Shown here one piece after another: positions 1-8,549 of a DNA stretch of 41,178 nt (the stretch's first letter is position 1; the number at the start of each line of letters is the position of its first letter). The stretch lies in contig JAHJGB010000124.1 of the NCBI GenBank assembly GCA_018824725.1, forward strand, positions 1-41,178, in the 5' to 3' direction. Position numbers and translations under genes: made by a program. The notes below the pieces were generated by a model, which was not told the origin of the DNA, did not search any database, and saw only the letters and a program-made list of their open reading frames with translations. The DNA is from Candidatus Omnitrophota bacterium (lineage in GTDB: Bacteria > Omnitrophota > Gorgyraeia > Gorgyraeales > Gorgyraeaceae).

Positions 1-48
1 ATTTTTCGTATATTAAACTTTTTTAAAAAGTTATCCATATTAGTAGGC

Positions 49-76
49 AAAAAAAGGCCACATTTCCATGGCCTTT
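49..76 (-). terminator. Intrinsic terminator-like hairpin (AAAGGCCAUG-GAAA-UGUGGCC followed by U7 on minus strand)
   Basis: aaaggcca(53-60)/tggccttt(69-76) inverted repeat with A-run 49-55; about 85 nt downstream of the hss1 stop. Confidence 0.7.
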
Positions 77-109
77 ATATACAGCTGGATTCTTATTTTA
101 TTGAGCTAA

Positions 110-138
110 ATTGTACCAAATTATGGGCTAAAAGTCAA
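110..138 (-). promoter_or_regulatory. sigma70-type promoter TTGACT-17-TACAAT with extended -10 TG
   Basis: agtcaa 133-138 and attgta 110-115, 17-nt spacer. Confidence 0.55.
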
Positions 139-163
139 CTATAAAAACGACGATGTTGAATTT
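136..163. repeat. AT-rich dispersed repeat family E, copy 1
   Basis: caactataaaaacgacgatgttgaattt; near-identical to 25536-25563 and 31002-31029. Confidence 0.75.
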
Positions 164-1620
164 TATGGTTTGGAGAGGAAGTTTTTGAAGGCCCAGGGGG
201 TTTTTTTGTCGAGGTACGCGTTCGGGTTTTCTTTGAAGAATACCTGGTAGTTTTTGAACGGGGTCCAGTCTGAAGGTTCTGATATTAATTTTCCGAGATA
301 CGGCTTTGCTATCTTCAATATATATTCGTGGGGCAGCTCGTCAGGCTCTAATACGCCCCGGTCAGGGTTTTCTATGGCCCACATAATGCCTGACACGACT
401 CCTATGGCCACCTGAAGCGTGGTGGCATTCTGATGTTTGATTAATTTTCTGGATTCGCCTATGCTCAGCATACTGCCTGTCCACCACGAGTTATACCTGT
501 GGCCCATTATAAGCGCGCCGAGCGTATCAGAGCCGCTGATTATCTCGTCGTTCATGATGCGTATTCTAGGCTGTAATTCATAATTCCTGCACCTGAGCTC
601 GTAAAGCGAGGAAAGCGTTTCGTTGCAGGGCATATAGGCATAATGAACCGTAGGCCTGTAAACAGCTTTTCCTTTTCTCCACATAGTGAGCCTGTCTGAA
701 ATAGTAAAGGCTTCTGCATGCCTTATGACCATACCGACGACTTCGCCGTAAGGAACCCATGAGCGCACCCACGTATTCATTCCCATGCGCGAAAGAAATA
801 TCTGATTTCTGGGACCGACTTCAGGGACGTTGGCTAGTTCAGGCAATTCATTCTCGTGCGTGCCCCATCCTATCTCAGCAGGGGCAATCCCCTCTTCCCT
901 GAGGCCTTCTATGCTCCAGGTGCCTACGAATTCGTCCACCTGTTTCGGCTTATCCGTTATCTGGGTGTCGCGCTCGCTTATGTGTATTACTTTTATGCCG
1001 AGCTTCATGCTCAGCTCCGGAAACTTTTCCTCTTTTATAAAATGCTCAAGGATCTTTTCGTCTTTTTTCGCAACAGCCCTGTCTTTTAAAACCCTTTCGG
1101 CAATATCAATGATGCCTTTTTTGGTAAAATGCGAGATAAGGCCGGGATTCGCGCCGTGGTCCAGTACAGCTGTTGTGGTTTTGTGGTCAGTGTCCCACCT
1201 GGAAATCAGTTTCCAGATCTCCATCTGTTTGTAATAAAGGGATTTTTCGTAAGGCGTTTTCTTCTCGATATTGGCGTACGGGTCCCATTCTTCCACCGAG
1301 GTGTTGACATACAATACTTTATTTTCGTGGCACCAGTTAAGCATGCTCACGGATTCTATGTTCCAGGCGAGATCCACGACAAGCCCGCCGGGAGACACGT
1401 GCCTGGAAAGGGTACTGGCTATATTGACAGGCGTGATCCTTTCCTGGAAATATTTCATGCCCTTTTTTATCCAGGGGCCTAGTTCTTCGCGCTTATCCAC
1501 GAAATCTATCACGGTGATATTCTTGTAAGGGGCGCTGATGTGCTTTATCAGAAGCGGCAACGTGCATCTGCCCACTGCGCCGTGGCCTATCATGAGGATT
1601 TTATTTTTGAACTTTATCAT
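163..1620 (-). CDS. hss: Homospermidine synthase, paralogue 1
   Basis: Rossmann GHGAVG; DHGANPG, HISERD, TWSIEG, IRHAEA, RPTVHYAY and QNATTLQV motifs of bacterial HSS. Confidence 0.9.
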   Translation of the reverse strand: MIKFKNKILMIGHGAVGRCTLPLLIKHISAPYKNITVIDFVDKREELGPWIKKGMKYFQERITPVNIASTLSRHVSPGGLVVDLAWNIESVSMLNWCHENKVLYVNTSVEEWDPYANIEKKTPYEKSLYYKQMEIWKLISRWDTDHKTTTAVLDHGANPGLISHFTKKGIIDIAERVLKDRAVAKKDEKILEHFIKEEKFPELSMKLGIKVIHISERDTQITDKPKQVDEFVGTWSIEGLREEGIAPAEIGWGTHENELPELANVPEVGPRNQIFLSRMGMNTWVRSWVPYGEVVGMVIRHAEAFTISDRLTMWRKGKAVYRPTVHYAYMPCNETLSSLYELRCRNYELQPRIRIMNDEIISGSDTLGALIMGHRYNSWWTGSMLSIGESRKLIKHQNATTLQVAIGVVSGIMWAIENPDRGVLEPDELPHEYILKIAKPYLGKLISEPSDWTPFKNYQVFFKENPNAYLDKKTPWAFKNFLSKP

Positions 1621-1634
1621 AATTTTCTTTCTAT

Positions 1635-1709
1635 AGTTTACAACAATTCCGCGCTTATGTCAAACGCGGTAAAAATTTTATTTGATTAAAAAAATATTTT
1701 TGATAGAAT
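1635..1709. promoter_or_regulatory. Back-to-back sigma70 promoters for the two hss genes
   Basis: Minus strand: TTGACA(1658-1663)-17-TAAACT(1635-1640). Plus strand: TTGATT(1682-1687)-16-TAGAAT(1704-1709) with extended -10 TG. Confidence 0.55.
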
Positions 1710-1740
1710 AAACCTATAAAAATTAACTAAAGTAGGGGGT

Positions 1741-3195
1741 GTGATGAGGTTCGCAGGAAAAATTCTAGTTATCGGATGCGGTTCTGTTTCGCAGTGCGCA
1801 ATACCGCTCGTATTAAAAATTATAGACGCCCCGCCAAAAAATATCACCATAATGGATTTTACGGATAACCGGTACCGCGTAAAAGACAGCCTGGATAAAG
1901 GCGTAAATTATGTGATTGACCGCGTTACCCGCGAAAACTACCCGAATCTTTTAAAAAAATACGTCGGCCCGGGAGATCTGATAATCGACCTGGCATGGAA
2001 TATAGGCTGCATGGAAATACTTCAGTGGTGCAGAGACAATAAGGTGCTGTACGTGGACACATCTGTCGAGGTCTGGGATCCCTATTCAATGGATGTCAAA
2101 GACCCGAGAAACCTGACTCTCTATGTCAGGCAGATGGAGATACGTAATCTCATCAAGAAATGGGGCGATAATAACGGCCCTACAGCGGTAGTGGACCACG
2201 GCGCCAATCCCGGACTTGTGTCCCATTTCACAAAAATCGCCCTGGAAGATATTGCCAAAAAAATTATTTCCGATAAATCTAAGGATAAGCGCGTAAAAAT
2301 ATTAAAAGAAGCCCTGGATAATAAAAATTATCCTACGCTCGCAAAAACAGCTGCTGTCAAAGTCATACACATAAGCGAGCGGGATACGCAAATCAGCGAC
2401 AAGCCCAAAGAAGTGGATGAATTTGTAAATACGTGGAGCATCGAAGGGTTTTTTGAGGAAGCCATTGCTCCGGCTGAAATGGGCTGGGGAACTCATGAGA
2501 AAAATATCCCTGAGGGCGCGTGTTTTCACAAGTCAGGGCCTAAAAACCAGATATGCCTGGAGAGCATGGGCGTAAATACATGGGTCAGATCGTGGGTGCC
2601 TGACTGCGAGATAGTGGGAATGGTCATCCGTCACGGCGAGGCATTCGGGATATCTGACAGATTAACTCTCTGGGATAAAAAAGGTAAGGCTATCTACAGG
2701 CCCACAGTGCACTATGCGTATTGCCCTAGTGACGCCGCGATAACTTCCCTGCACGAACTCGAGATGAGGCGCTATAACCTTCAGGAAAAACAAAGGATAA
2801 TGAACAACGAGATTACTAAAGGTGAAGACAGGCTAGGGGTGCTCGTCATGGGACATGATTTTAATTCATGGTGGACAGGAAGCCTTCTGGACATCGAAGA
2901 GGCAAGAAGGCTCGTCCCTAACCAGAATGCCACGACCCTACAGGTCGCAATATCAGTAGTGGCTGCTGCCAGATGGATGATAGAAAACCCCAATAAAGGC
3001 TTTAATCTTCCTGACGACCTGCCGCACGAAGACATAATGAAAATTTCAAGGCCGTACCTGGGGCCTTTTATTTCAAAACCAGTTGACTGGACGCCGCTTA
3101 AGAACTACAATAAGACTTTCCGGACGCTCGGCCTTAAAAAACCGAAAGAAAAAGATATCTGGCAGTTCACGACATTTTTAATAACCCAGTCATGA
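1741..3195 (+). CDS. hss: Homospermidine synthase, paralogue 2
   Basis: GCGSVS, DHGANPG, HISERD, NTWSIEG, IRHGEA and QNATTLQV; collinear with paralogue 1; G-rich RBS before GTG/ATG. Confidence 0.9.
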   Translation: MMRFAGKILVIGCGSVSQCAIPLVLKIIDAPPKNITIMDFTDNRYRVKDSLDKGVNYVIDRVTRENYPNLLKKYVGPGDLIIDLAWNIGCMEILQWCRDNKVLYVDTSVEVWDPYSMDVKDPRNLTLYVRQMEIRNLIKKWGDNNGPTAVVDHGANPGLVSHFTKIALEDIAKKIISDKSKDKRVKILKEALDNKNYPTLAKTAAVKVIHISERDTQISDKPKEVDEFVNTWSIEGFFEEAIAPAEMGWGTHEKNIPEGACFHKSGPKNQICLESMGVNTWVRSWVPDCEIVGMVIRHGEAFGISDRLTLWDKKGKAIYRPTVHYAYCPSDAAITSLHELEMRRYNLQEKQRIMNNEITKGEDRLGVLVMGHDFNSWWTGSLLDIEEARRLVPNQNATTLQVAISVVAAARWMIENPNKGFNLPDDLPHEDIMKISRPYLGPFISKPVDWTPLKNYNKTFRTLGLKKPKEKDIWQFTTFLITQS

Positions 3196-4319
3196 AAAAT
3201 AAATCCGGTGGCATAGAAAATCTGATACGTAAAATGCTCAAGAAGCACTCCTCCCCTCTTATGCTTATACAGGAGGAGGCGCTTGAGAAACAATTCAGGG
3301 CTTTCCTCAAAGCCCTGCCTGAAGTCATGCCTTACTACGCGATAAAGGCAAATCCGTATCCGGGAATCATTAAAAAGTTCATTGAATTAGGCGCTGGTTT
3401 TGACGTGGCGAGCGCCAACGAGATGAATACTGTTCTGGAACTCGGCGCAAATCCTGACAAAATAATCTTCGCTAACACTATAAAGTCCCATGAAGATATG
3501 AGATCCGCTTGCAAGAAAAAAGTAAAGCTCATGACCTTTGACAATGAGCCGGAATTATACAAAATAGCGAAAGCCTGCCCTGGCGCAAAAGTCATTATAA
3601 GGATCAAAGTGGCAAATATCGGCAGTATCGTAGAGCTCTCTCTGAAATTCGGGGCGGATCCGGAGCAATCGATATCCCTCCTCAAAAAAGCAAGGTCGCT
3701 GGGACTAAAACCCGTGGGCGTGAGCTTCCATGTGGGATCGCAATGCACCAATGCTGAAAATTATTTACAGGCCCTAGAGGTGTCTAGTGTGATATTCAAC
3801 GAAGCAAAACAATCAGGGATATTCTTAAATATACTGGATATAGGCGGCGGATTCCCTATAAAACATTTTGACGCTGACAGCCACCTTACATTTGAGCGCA
3901 TGGCAAACCCGATAAGGAAAAAATTACAGAGGCTTTTTGATAAAAACGTAAAGTTCATCGCTGAGCCCGGCAGATTTTTTGCAGGCCCTTCAGGAATATT
4001 GATAACGCAGGTGATAGGCAGGGCTTTCAGGAATAATAAAAACTATTATTATTTAAATGACGGCCTGTACGGCGATTTTTCAGGTATAGTGTTTGACCAC
4101 TGCAAATATGAATTCAAGACTTTAAACCGCGGGCAAAGGTTCCTGAGCACCCTGGCAGGACCTACGTGCGATTCATTTGATACGATTTCCTTAAGCGAAG
4201 ATCTTCCTGAGCTGGATGTGGGTAATGTGGTCTATGTGAAAAATATAGGCGCCTATTCATGCGCAAGCGCTGTGCCGAACTTCAACGGTTTTAAACCCGC
4301 AAAGATCGTGATGTGCTAG
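3192..4319 (+). CDS. Fold-type III PLP-dependent ornithine/lysine decarboxylase
   Basis: YAIKAN (PLP Lys), FDVAS, KFG, HVGSQ, DIGGGF, EPGR, GPTCD and GAY motifs; ATGA overlap with hss2. Confidence 0.88.
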   Translation: MKNKSGGIENLIRKMLKKHSSPLMLIQEEALEKQFRAFLKALPEVMPYYAIKANPYPGIIKKFIELGAGFDVASANEMNTVLELGANPDKIIFANTIKSHEDMRSACKKKVKLMTFDNEPELYKIAKACPGAKVIIRIKVANIGSIVELSLKFGADPEQSISLLKKARSLGLKPVGVSFHVGSQCTNAENYLQALEVSSVIFNEAKQSGIFLNILDIGGGFPIKHFDADSHLTFERMANPIRKKLQRLFDKNVKFIAEPGRFFAGPSGILITQVIGRAFRNNKNYYYLNDGLYGDFSGIVFDHCKYEFKTLNRGQRFLSTLAGPTCDSFDTISLSEDLPELDVGNVVYVKNIGAYSCASAVPNFNGFKPAKIVMC

Positions 4320-6063
4320 CTTCAAAAAATAAAATACTTCCTGCGTCGTAAAGAGGCCCATCGTATAATTCTACTATTTTCTTTCCCCTCTTCTTTATAA
4401 AATCTCTTATCGCGCAGCCGTCAGGATGATTTTTTAACGAGCCTATAAAAAATACCCTGTCTTTATGAACTCCTGATGCGCCGCCTATAAAACCAGTGCC
4501 GTAACCAGGTAGTTTTATATTTCCCGGCTTTACAAGCAAGGCATTTTTGCCCCAGATATCCTTTATGGATTTATCAGATGTAATAATACTCTTATCGTCC
4601 ACAGGCGCAATAGAACATTTCGCATATCCCTGTTTTACTTTTATAAATTTTACGTTTAGATTTTCTATATGCTTTTCGATTTTACCGTCATAGCGGATTA
4701 TGTATTTTCCGACACTGCACGCGTCGTAAATAATGTCTCCCGGATAGGCGGAAGATTTAATGACTTCGCCTTTAATACACTCATAGCCGTTATCCCTTAA
4801 AAGCCCGGCTATTTTTTCTAAATACGGTTCGTATATAACTTTTTTAGCATAAGAAAATAACATCATATCTGAGTGGCCTTTGACAGGCCCGGCCAGTTTT
4901 GGATGTAAAGGCACCTCTCTGACATAATAACCCATCTGCTTTAGTCTAAGTTTTGCTTCGGCCGGGATTCTAGGGTCAATAATGGCTATAACTTTTCTTA
5001 AATCTTTTATTTTAAAAATTTTAGACTCCCGTAATGAAATTTTAGCGCTATAAATTTTTTCCAAATATCTCTTCTCTTCTCCTTTATGCCCAGAGATGAA
5101 GCTGAAAAACTTTTTCGGGCCGTGGATTTCTATTAACCTGCGGTTTGGGATTTTTTTGGGGCCTAAAACACTTATTATTCTATTGCGCATTTGTCTGGCA
5201 CGCGCCATTTCCCCAAAGCTCACGTGATACGGCCCTGCCAGAATCGCAGCTTTTGAATTTAAATCTTCTGACGGGTGAAGGCCTATGCGGATTACTTTTA
5301 CGCCGGCTTTTTCAAAGATATCGCAAACTATAGCTGACCATTCTATTGCATCTTCGATCGAAAGCGGCTTGTATTTGCCATGTTTAAATAAATCCCCGAG
5401 CCCTGTGCCTTTTAAAACAATCGCAGGATATATGCGGCTTGTTTTTGGTTTTAACTTTACCAGCTCCAAAGCTGTCTTTATTGATTTCAGAAGCGTATCT
5501 CCGGGCAAGCCCAGCATCACCTGGATGCCTAAATCAAGGCCTGATTTTTTTATGATGCGGCTTGCGTTTTTAATCGTACTGAAATTCATGGCCCTATTAC
5601 ATTTCTTCAAAACCTCTTTATCAAGCGACTGTACGCCAAGCTCCACCAGGCATCCGCCCATTTTCTTAAACAGCTTCATTGATTTTTCAGTAACAGCCTC
5701 AGGATGCGTGGACATGCGGATCCCGGCTATTTTTTTATACATTCGCCCCGATTGCAATCGGGGCTCAGTATTCCGCCTAAGGAACCCCGGGCTTAAGCCC
5801 GGGTGGGCTCCATTTTCCACATAAGGGAAAACTGTTTCGAGGTACTTTTGCTGCAGCGCTTCAGGCAAAAGCGTAAACGTGCCGCCGAAAAAGGCAAGCT
5901 CCACCCTTTCGCGTCTTGGGATTGTTTTTAAATTTCTATCTATGACGGCTTTAATGTCTTTTTCTGAAGGGATGTTTACTGCGCCTGATATTTTATGCTG
6001 GTCGCAGTAAATGCACCTGTACGGACAGCCTGCGTGCGGGATAAATATGGGTATGATTTTCAC
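4291..6063 (-). CDS. Elp3-like radical SAM protein fused to a C-terminal DUF6873-like (GME/amidinotransferase-fold) domain; contains an in-frame palindromic insert
   Basis: IPIFIPHAGCPYRCIYC, FFGGTFT, ELGVQS and AGPYH; C-terminal ~235 aa with H-S-D, KQGYAKCS, ITSD, GFIGGASG and LYDAGSI, recognised from memory of clostridial DUF6873 proteins. Confidence 0.72.
   Translation of the reverse strand: MKIIPIFIPHAGCPYRCIYCDQHKISGAVNIPSEKDIKAVIDRNLKTIPRRERVELAFFGGTFTLLPEALQQKYLETVFPYVENGAHPGLSPGFLRRNTEPRLQSGRMYKKIAGIRMSTHPEAVTEKSMKLFKKMGGCLVELGVQSLDKEVLKKCNRAMNFSTIKNASRIIKKSGLDLGIQVMLGLPGDTLLKSIKTALELVKLKPKTSRIYPAIVLKGTGLGDLFKHGKYKPLSIEDAIEWSAIVCDIFEKAGVKVIRIGLHPSEDLNSKAAILAGPYHVSFGEMARARQMRNRIISVLGPKKIPNRRLIEIHGPKKFFSFISGHKGEEKRYLEKIYSAKISLRESKIFKIKDLRKVIAIIDPRIPAEAKLRLKQMGYYVREVPLHPKLAGPVKGHSDMMLFSYAKKVIYEPYLEKIAGLLRDNGYECIKGEVIKSSAYPGDIIYDACSVGKYIIRYDGKIEKHIENLNVKFIKVKQGYAKCSIAPVDDKSIITSDKSIKDIWGKNALLVKPGNIKLPGYGTGFIGGASGVHKDRVFFIGSLKNHPDGCAIRDFIKKRGKKIVELYDGPLYDAGSILFFEASTSRSLRV
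5737..5814 (-). mobile_element. Family A composite palindromic element (78 bp) inserted in frame in the radical SAM gene
   Basis: Perfect palindromes gccccgattgcaatcggggc (5745-5764) and cccgggcttaagcccggg (5786-5803); shares both ends with 7609-7713; encodes NGAHPGLSPGFLRRNTEPRLQSGRMY. Confidence 0.85.
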
Positions 6064-6066
6064 TTA

Positions 6067-6318
6067 TTACTTGTGGAATAGGACTGTAAAAACCATTACA
6101 AGCGTGAAGAAGAAAAAGTTTACATAGGTAAAAGTCCTATATACTATGTCAGGGCTTTGTATGCCCGTAGGAAACATTGCCAGGAAACAAACCCACACGC
6201 CTATTGCCCAGTATAGGCTCAGGTCCTTGGACGAGCGGCGCTTTATAATCCTAACTATAAGCGGGATGTTCCAGAGCGGGAGTATTATGCTGGCGATTAA
6301 AGCTATCTTAGTTAACAT
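6067..6318 (-). CDS. SemiSWEET/PQ-loop-like small membrane transporter
   Basis: 83 aa, three hydrophobic helices, P-x-I-x-R-I-I-K-x-x-S-S-K-D-L-S pattern (PQ replaced by PL). Confidence 0.65.
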   Translation of the reverse strand: MLTKIALIASIILPLWNIPLIVRIIKRRSSKDLSLYWAIGVWVCFLAMFPTGIQSPDIVYRTFTYVNFFFFTLVMVFTVLFHK

Positions 6319-6324
6319 ATATTA

Positions 6325-6361
6325 AGGGGACACATCTCCGATTGGCTCTAGAACCGTCCCT
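6325..6361. repeat. Degenerate GGGACGGTT...GTCCCC palindromic repeat related to 21263-21293
   Basis: Minus strand AGGGACGGTTCT...GTGTCCCCT, just after the fba stop. Confidence 0.45.
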
Positions 6362-6365
6362 ATCT

Positions 6366-7337
6366 TTATGCCTTGCCTGCGGAGCCCAGGACTTGCTCGT
6401 TTTTATGCTTATACATCTTTATAAGCTCGTCTCTTGCAGGGCCCAGGTATTTACGCGGGTCGAATTCTTTCGGGCTAGTCGCAAAAACTTCTCGTATCTT
6501 GGCTGTCATTGCGAGGCGGCCGTCTGAATCAATATTTATTTTACAGACAGCTGAAGCGGTGGCTTTTCTCAGCTGTTCTTCAGGAACGCCCGCTGTATTT
6601 TCAAGCTTTCCCCCGTATTTATTGATAAGGTCCACGTATTCTTTTGTGACAGAGCTTGCCCCGTGTAAAACTATGGGAAAACCCGGTATTCTTTTTTCAA
6701 CTTCTTCCAATATATCAAATCTCAGGGGCGGAACGCTTTCTCCGGGTTTTAATTTAAATTTATACGCGCCGTGGGAAGTGCCTATGGAGATCGCGAGGCT
6801 GTCAACGCCTGTCTTTTTTACAAAATCTTCCACTTCTTCAGGATGGGTGTAATGGCTAGCTTCGTGGCTTACCTCATCCTCTATCCCTGCCAGGACTCCG
6901 AGCTCGCCTTCTACTGTAACGTCGTATTTATGTGCATATTCGACTACTTTTTTAGTAAGGGCTGCATTGTCTTCGTATTTATGCGCTGAGCCGTCTATCA
7001 TGACAGAAGAAAATCCTGACTCTATGCAGGAAACGCAGAGTTCATAAGTATCGCCGTGGTCCAGGTGAAACGCCACAGGGATATTGGAACTTGCTGCTTT
7101 TATTATTTCCATTGAGCCCATTGCCATGTGCCTCAATAAAATCTGGTTTGCGTATTTTCTGGCGCCTGAAGAAACCTGTAAAATTACAGGAGACTTTGTT
7201 TCTATACATGCGGTGATTATTGCCTGGAGCTGTTCCATGTTATTAAAATTATAGGCTGGGATAGCGTATTTGCCCGCCATTGCCTTTTTAAACATATCTT
7301 TTGTATTAACCAGTCCTAATTCTTTGTAAGAATGCAT
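6366..7337 (-). CDS. fba: Class II fructose-1,6-bisphosphate aldolase
   Basis: HLDHG, SVMIDGS, VEGELG, GTSHGAYK, VLHGASS and KINIDSD; SD AGGAGG. Confidence 0.95.
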   Translation of the reverse strand: MHSYKELGLVNTKDMFKKAMAGKYAIPAYNFNNMEQLQAIITACIETKSPVILQVSSGARKYANQILLRHMAMGSMEIIKAASSNIPVAFHLDHGDTYELCVSCIESGFSSVMIDGSAHKYEDNAALTKKVVEYAHKYDVTVEGELGVLAGIEDEVSHEASHYTHPEEVEDFVKKTGVDSLAISIGTSHGAYKFKLKPGESVPPLRFDILEEVEKRIPGFPIVLHGASSVTKEYVDLINKYGGKLENTAGVPEEQLRKATASAVCKINIDSDGRLAMTAKIREVFATSPKEFDPRKYLGPARDELIKMYKHKNEQVLGSAGKA

Positions 7338-7365
7338 GAAATCCTCCTTTTTTTATGTGATATTT

Positions 7366-7394
7366 ATTATACCATTATATTAAACGTTGGTCAA
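7366..7394 (-). promoter_or_regulatory. sigma70 promoter of fba, TTGACC-17-TATAAT, overlapping the dusB 3' end
   Basis: ggtcaa 7389-7394, attata 7366-7371, extended -10 TG. Confidence 0.7.
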
Positions 7395-8453
7395 TTTTCT
7401 AAAGGACTGGATAATCTCCAGCATGCCTTCTTTTGTCTTTGTGCGGAAAGCCTTTTCCCTGAAAGACCTGACGCTGGGGATGCCTTTTGTGTACCATGCG
7501 AAAAATTTATGAAATCTCCTGATGCCATGAAGGGCGTCATAGAAATCAATATAGGAATTCATGTGCTCTATCATAACATCAGCTATTTCATCTATACTAG
7601 GTTTTTTGATACATTCGCGGCCACCTATCCACGGCCTTAAGGCCGTGGATAGGTAATGACCGCTCAGTATTCCGTCCAAGGGATCCCGGGTTTTAGCCCG
7701 TGTGGACTCCATTATCTTTTTATTTTTTAAGAATGTCTTTATCTGCTCGAAGATCCAGGGGTTCCCCAGCGCCCCCCTGGCCACAAGTAAGCCGTCGCAT
7801 CCTGTTTCATCCAGCATTTTTTTACCAAGCTCGGGACTAAGCACATCCCCGCTTCCTATAACAGGGATGTCCAGGGCCTTTTTTACATCTTTTATGGCGT
7901 CATAATCCACTTCTCCGCTGTAGCCCTGCTCCCTGTTTCTTCCGTGGATAAATAAAGCACTTATGCCTGCGTCCTGGCTCGCAAGAGCTGAATCTTTTGC
8001 GTTTATAGAATCCCTGTCCCAGCCTGTGCGGATTTTTACAGTGACAGGCTTGGCGGAATTTTTGACAATAATCTTTAATAACTTATTCAGCTTTTTAGGA
8101 TCTTTTAATAATGCAGCGCCTTCGCCGCGGCGCGCAACCTTTTTCACAGGGCAGGCTGCGTTAAAATCCAGGACATCGTACTCGTAAGAACCGAGTACGT
8201 CTAATGCCCTGGATATAAATTCTTCTTCGCAGCCTATGATCTGTATGCCGAGCGGCCTGTCCTTAGGGCTCGTGGAAAGCATTTTCTTCGTTTTACGCAT
8301 CTTATAGCTCAGGGACCTTACATTAATCATTTCTATAAAGCCGAGCTCGCAGCCAAACCTGCGGTTTAAGAGCCTGAAAGGCAGATCACTTACCCCTGCC
8401 ATAGGCGCCAGGATGAGATTTGACTTTAATTTTAAACTTCCGATTTTCAGCAT
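7380..8453 (-). CDS. dusB: tRNA-dihydrouridine synthase B with an in-frame palindromic insert
   Basis: LAPMAGVSD, N-x-x-CP (catalytic Cys), VTVKIRTGW, IHGR and ARGALGNPWIF. Confidence 0.92.
   Translation of the reverse strand: MLKIGSLKLKSNLILAPMAGVSDLPFRLLNRRFGCELGFIEMINVRSLSYKMRKTKKMLSTSPKDRPLGIQIIGCEEEFISRALDVLGSYEYDVLDFNAACPVKKVARRGEGAALLKDPKKLNKLLKIIVKNSAKPVTVKIRTGWDRDSINAKDSALASQDAGISALFIHGRNREQGYSGEVDYDAIKDVKKALDIPVIGSGDVLSPELGKKMLDETGCDGLLVARGALGNPWIFEQIKTFLKNKKIMESTRAKTRDPLDGILSGHYLSTALRPWIGGRECIKKPSIDEIADVMIEHMNSYIDFYDALHGIRRFHKFFAWYTKGIPSVRSFREKAFRTKTKEGMLEIIQSFRKLTNV
7609..7713 (-). mobile_element. Family A composite palindromic element (105 bp) inserted in frame in dusB
   Basis: Perfect 32-bp palindrome 7623-7654; 43/51 identity with 5763-5813 plus identical atacattcgc end; encodes MESTRAKTRDPLDGILSGHYLSTALRPWIGGREC. 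Confidence 0.85.
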
Positions 8454-8477
8454 AGATCTTATGTTGCCTTATAGTCA

Positions 8478-8527
8478 TGATGGAAGCCCGACTCCCATCA
8501 TAAATGATGGGAGTCGGGCTTCCATCA
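8478..8527. repeat. Family B REP-like inverted doublet
   Basis: Perfect 24-bp arms tgatggaagcccgactcccatcat / atgatgggagtcgggcttccatca with 2-nt centre. Confidence 0.9.
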
Positions 8528-8549
8528 AACCCTATTTTACCTCATACCA

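Noticed and set aside
31-39. DnaA-box-like TTATCCATA
   Set aside because: Single box with one mismatch; no cluster visible in the window.
4291-4319. Convergent 3' overlaps (also 18332-18335 and 29276-29287)
   Set aside because: Short tail-to-tail overlaps are common in compact genomes.
5737-5814. Family A as a hammerhead ribozyme, intein or self-splicing intron
   Set aside because: CUGA...GAA is present but the CUGAnGA/GAAA core is incomplete; no intein terminal residues (C/S...HN); far too short for group I or II introns.
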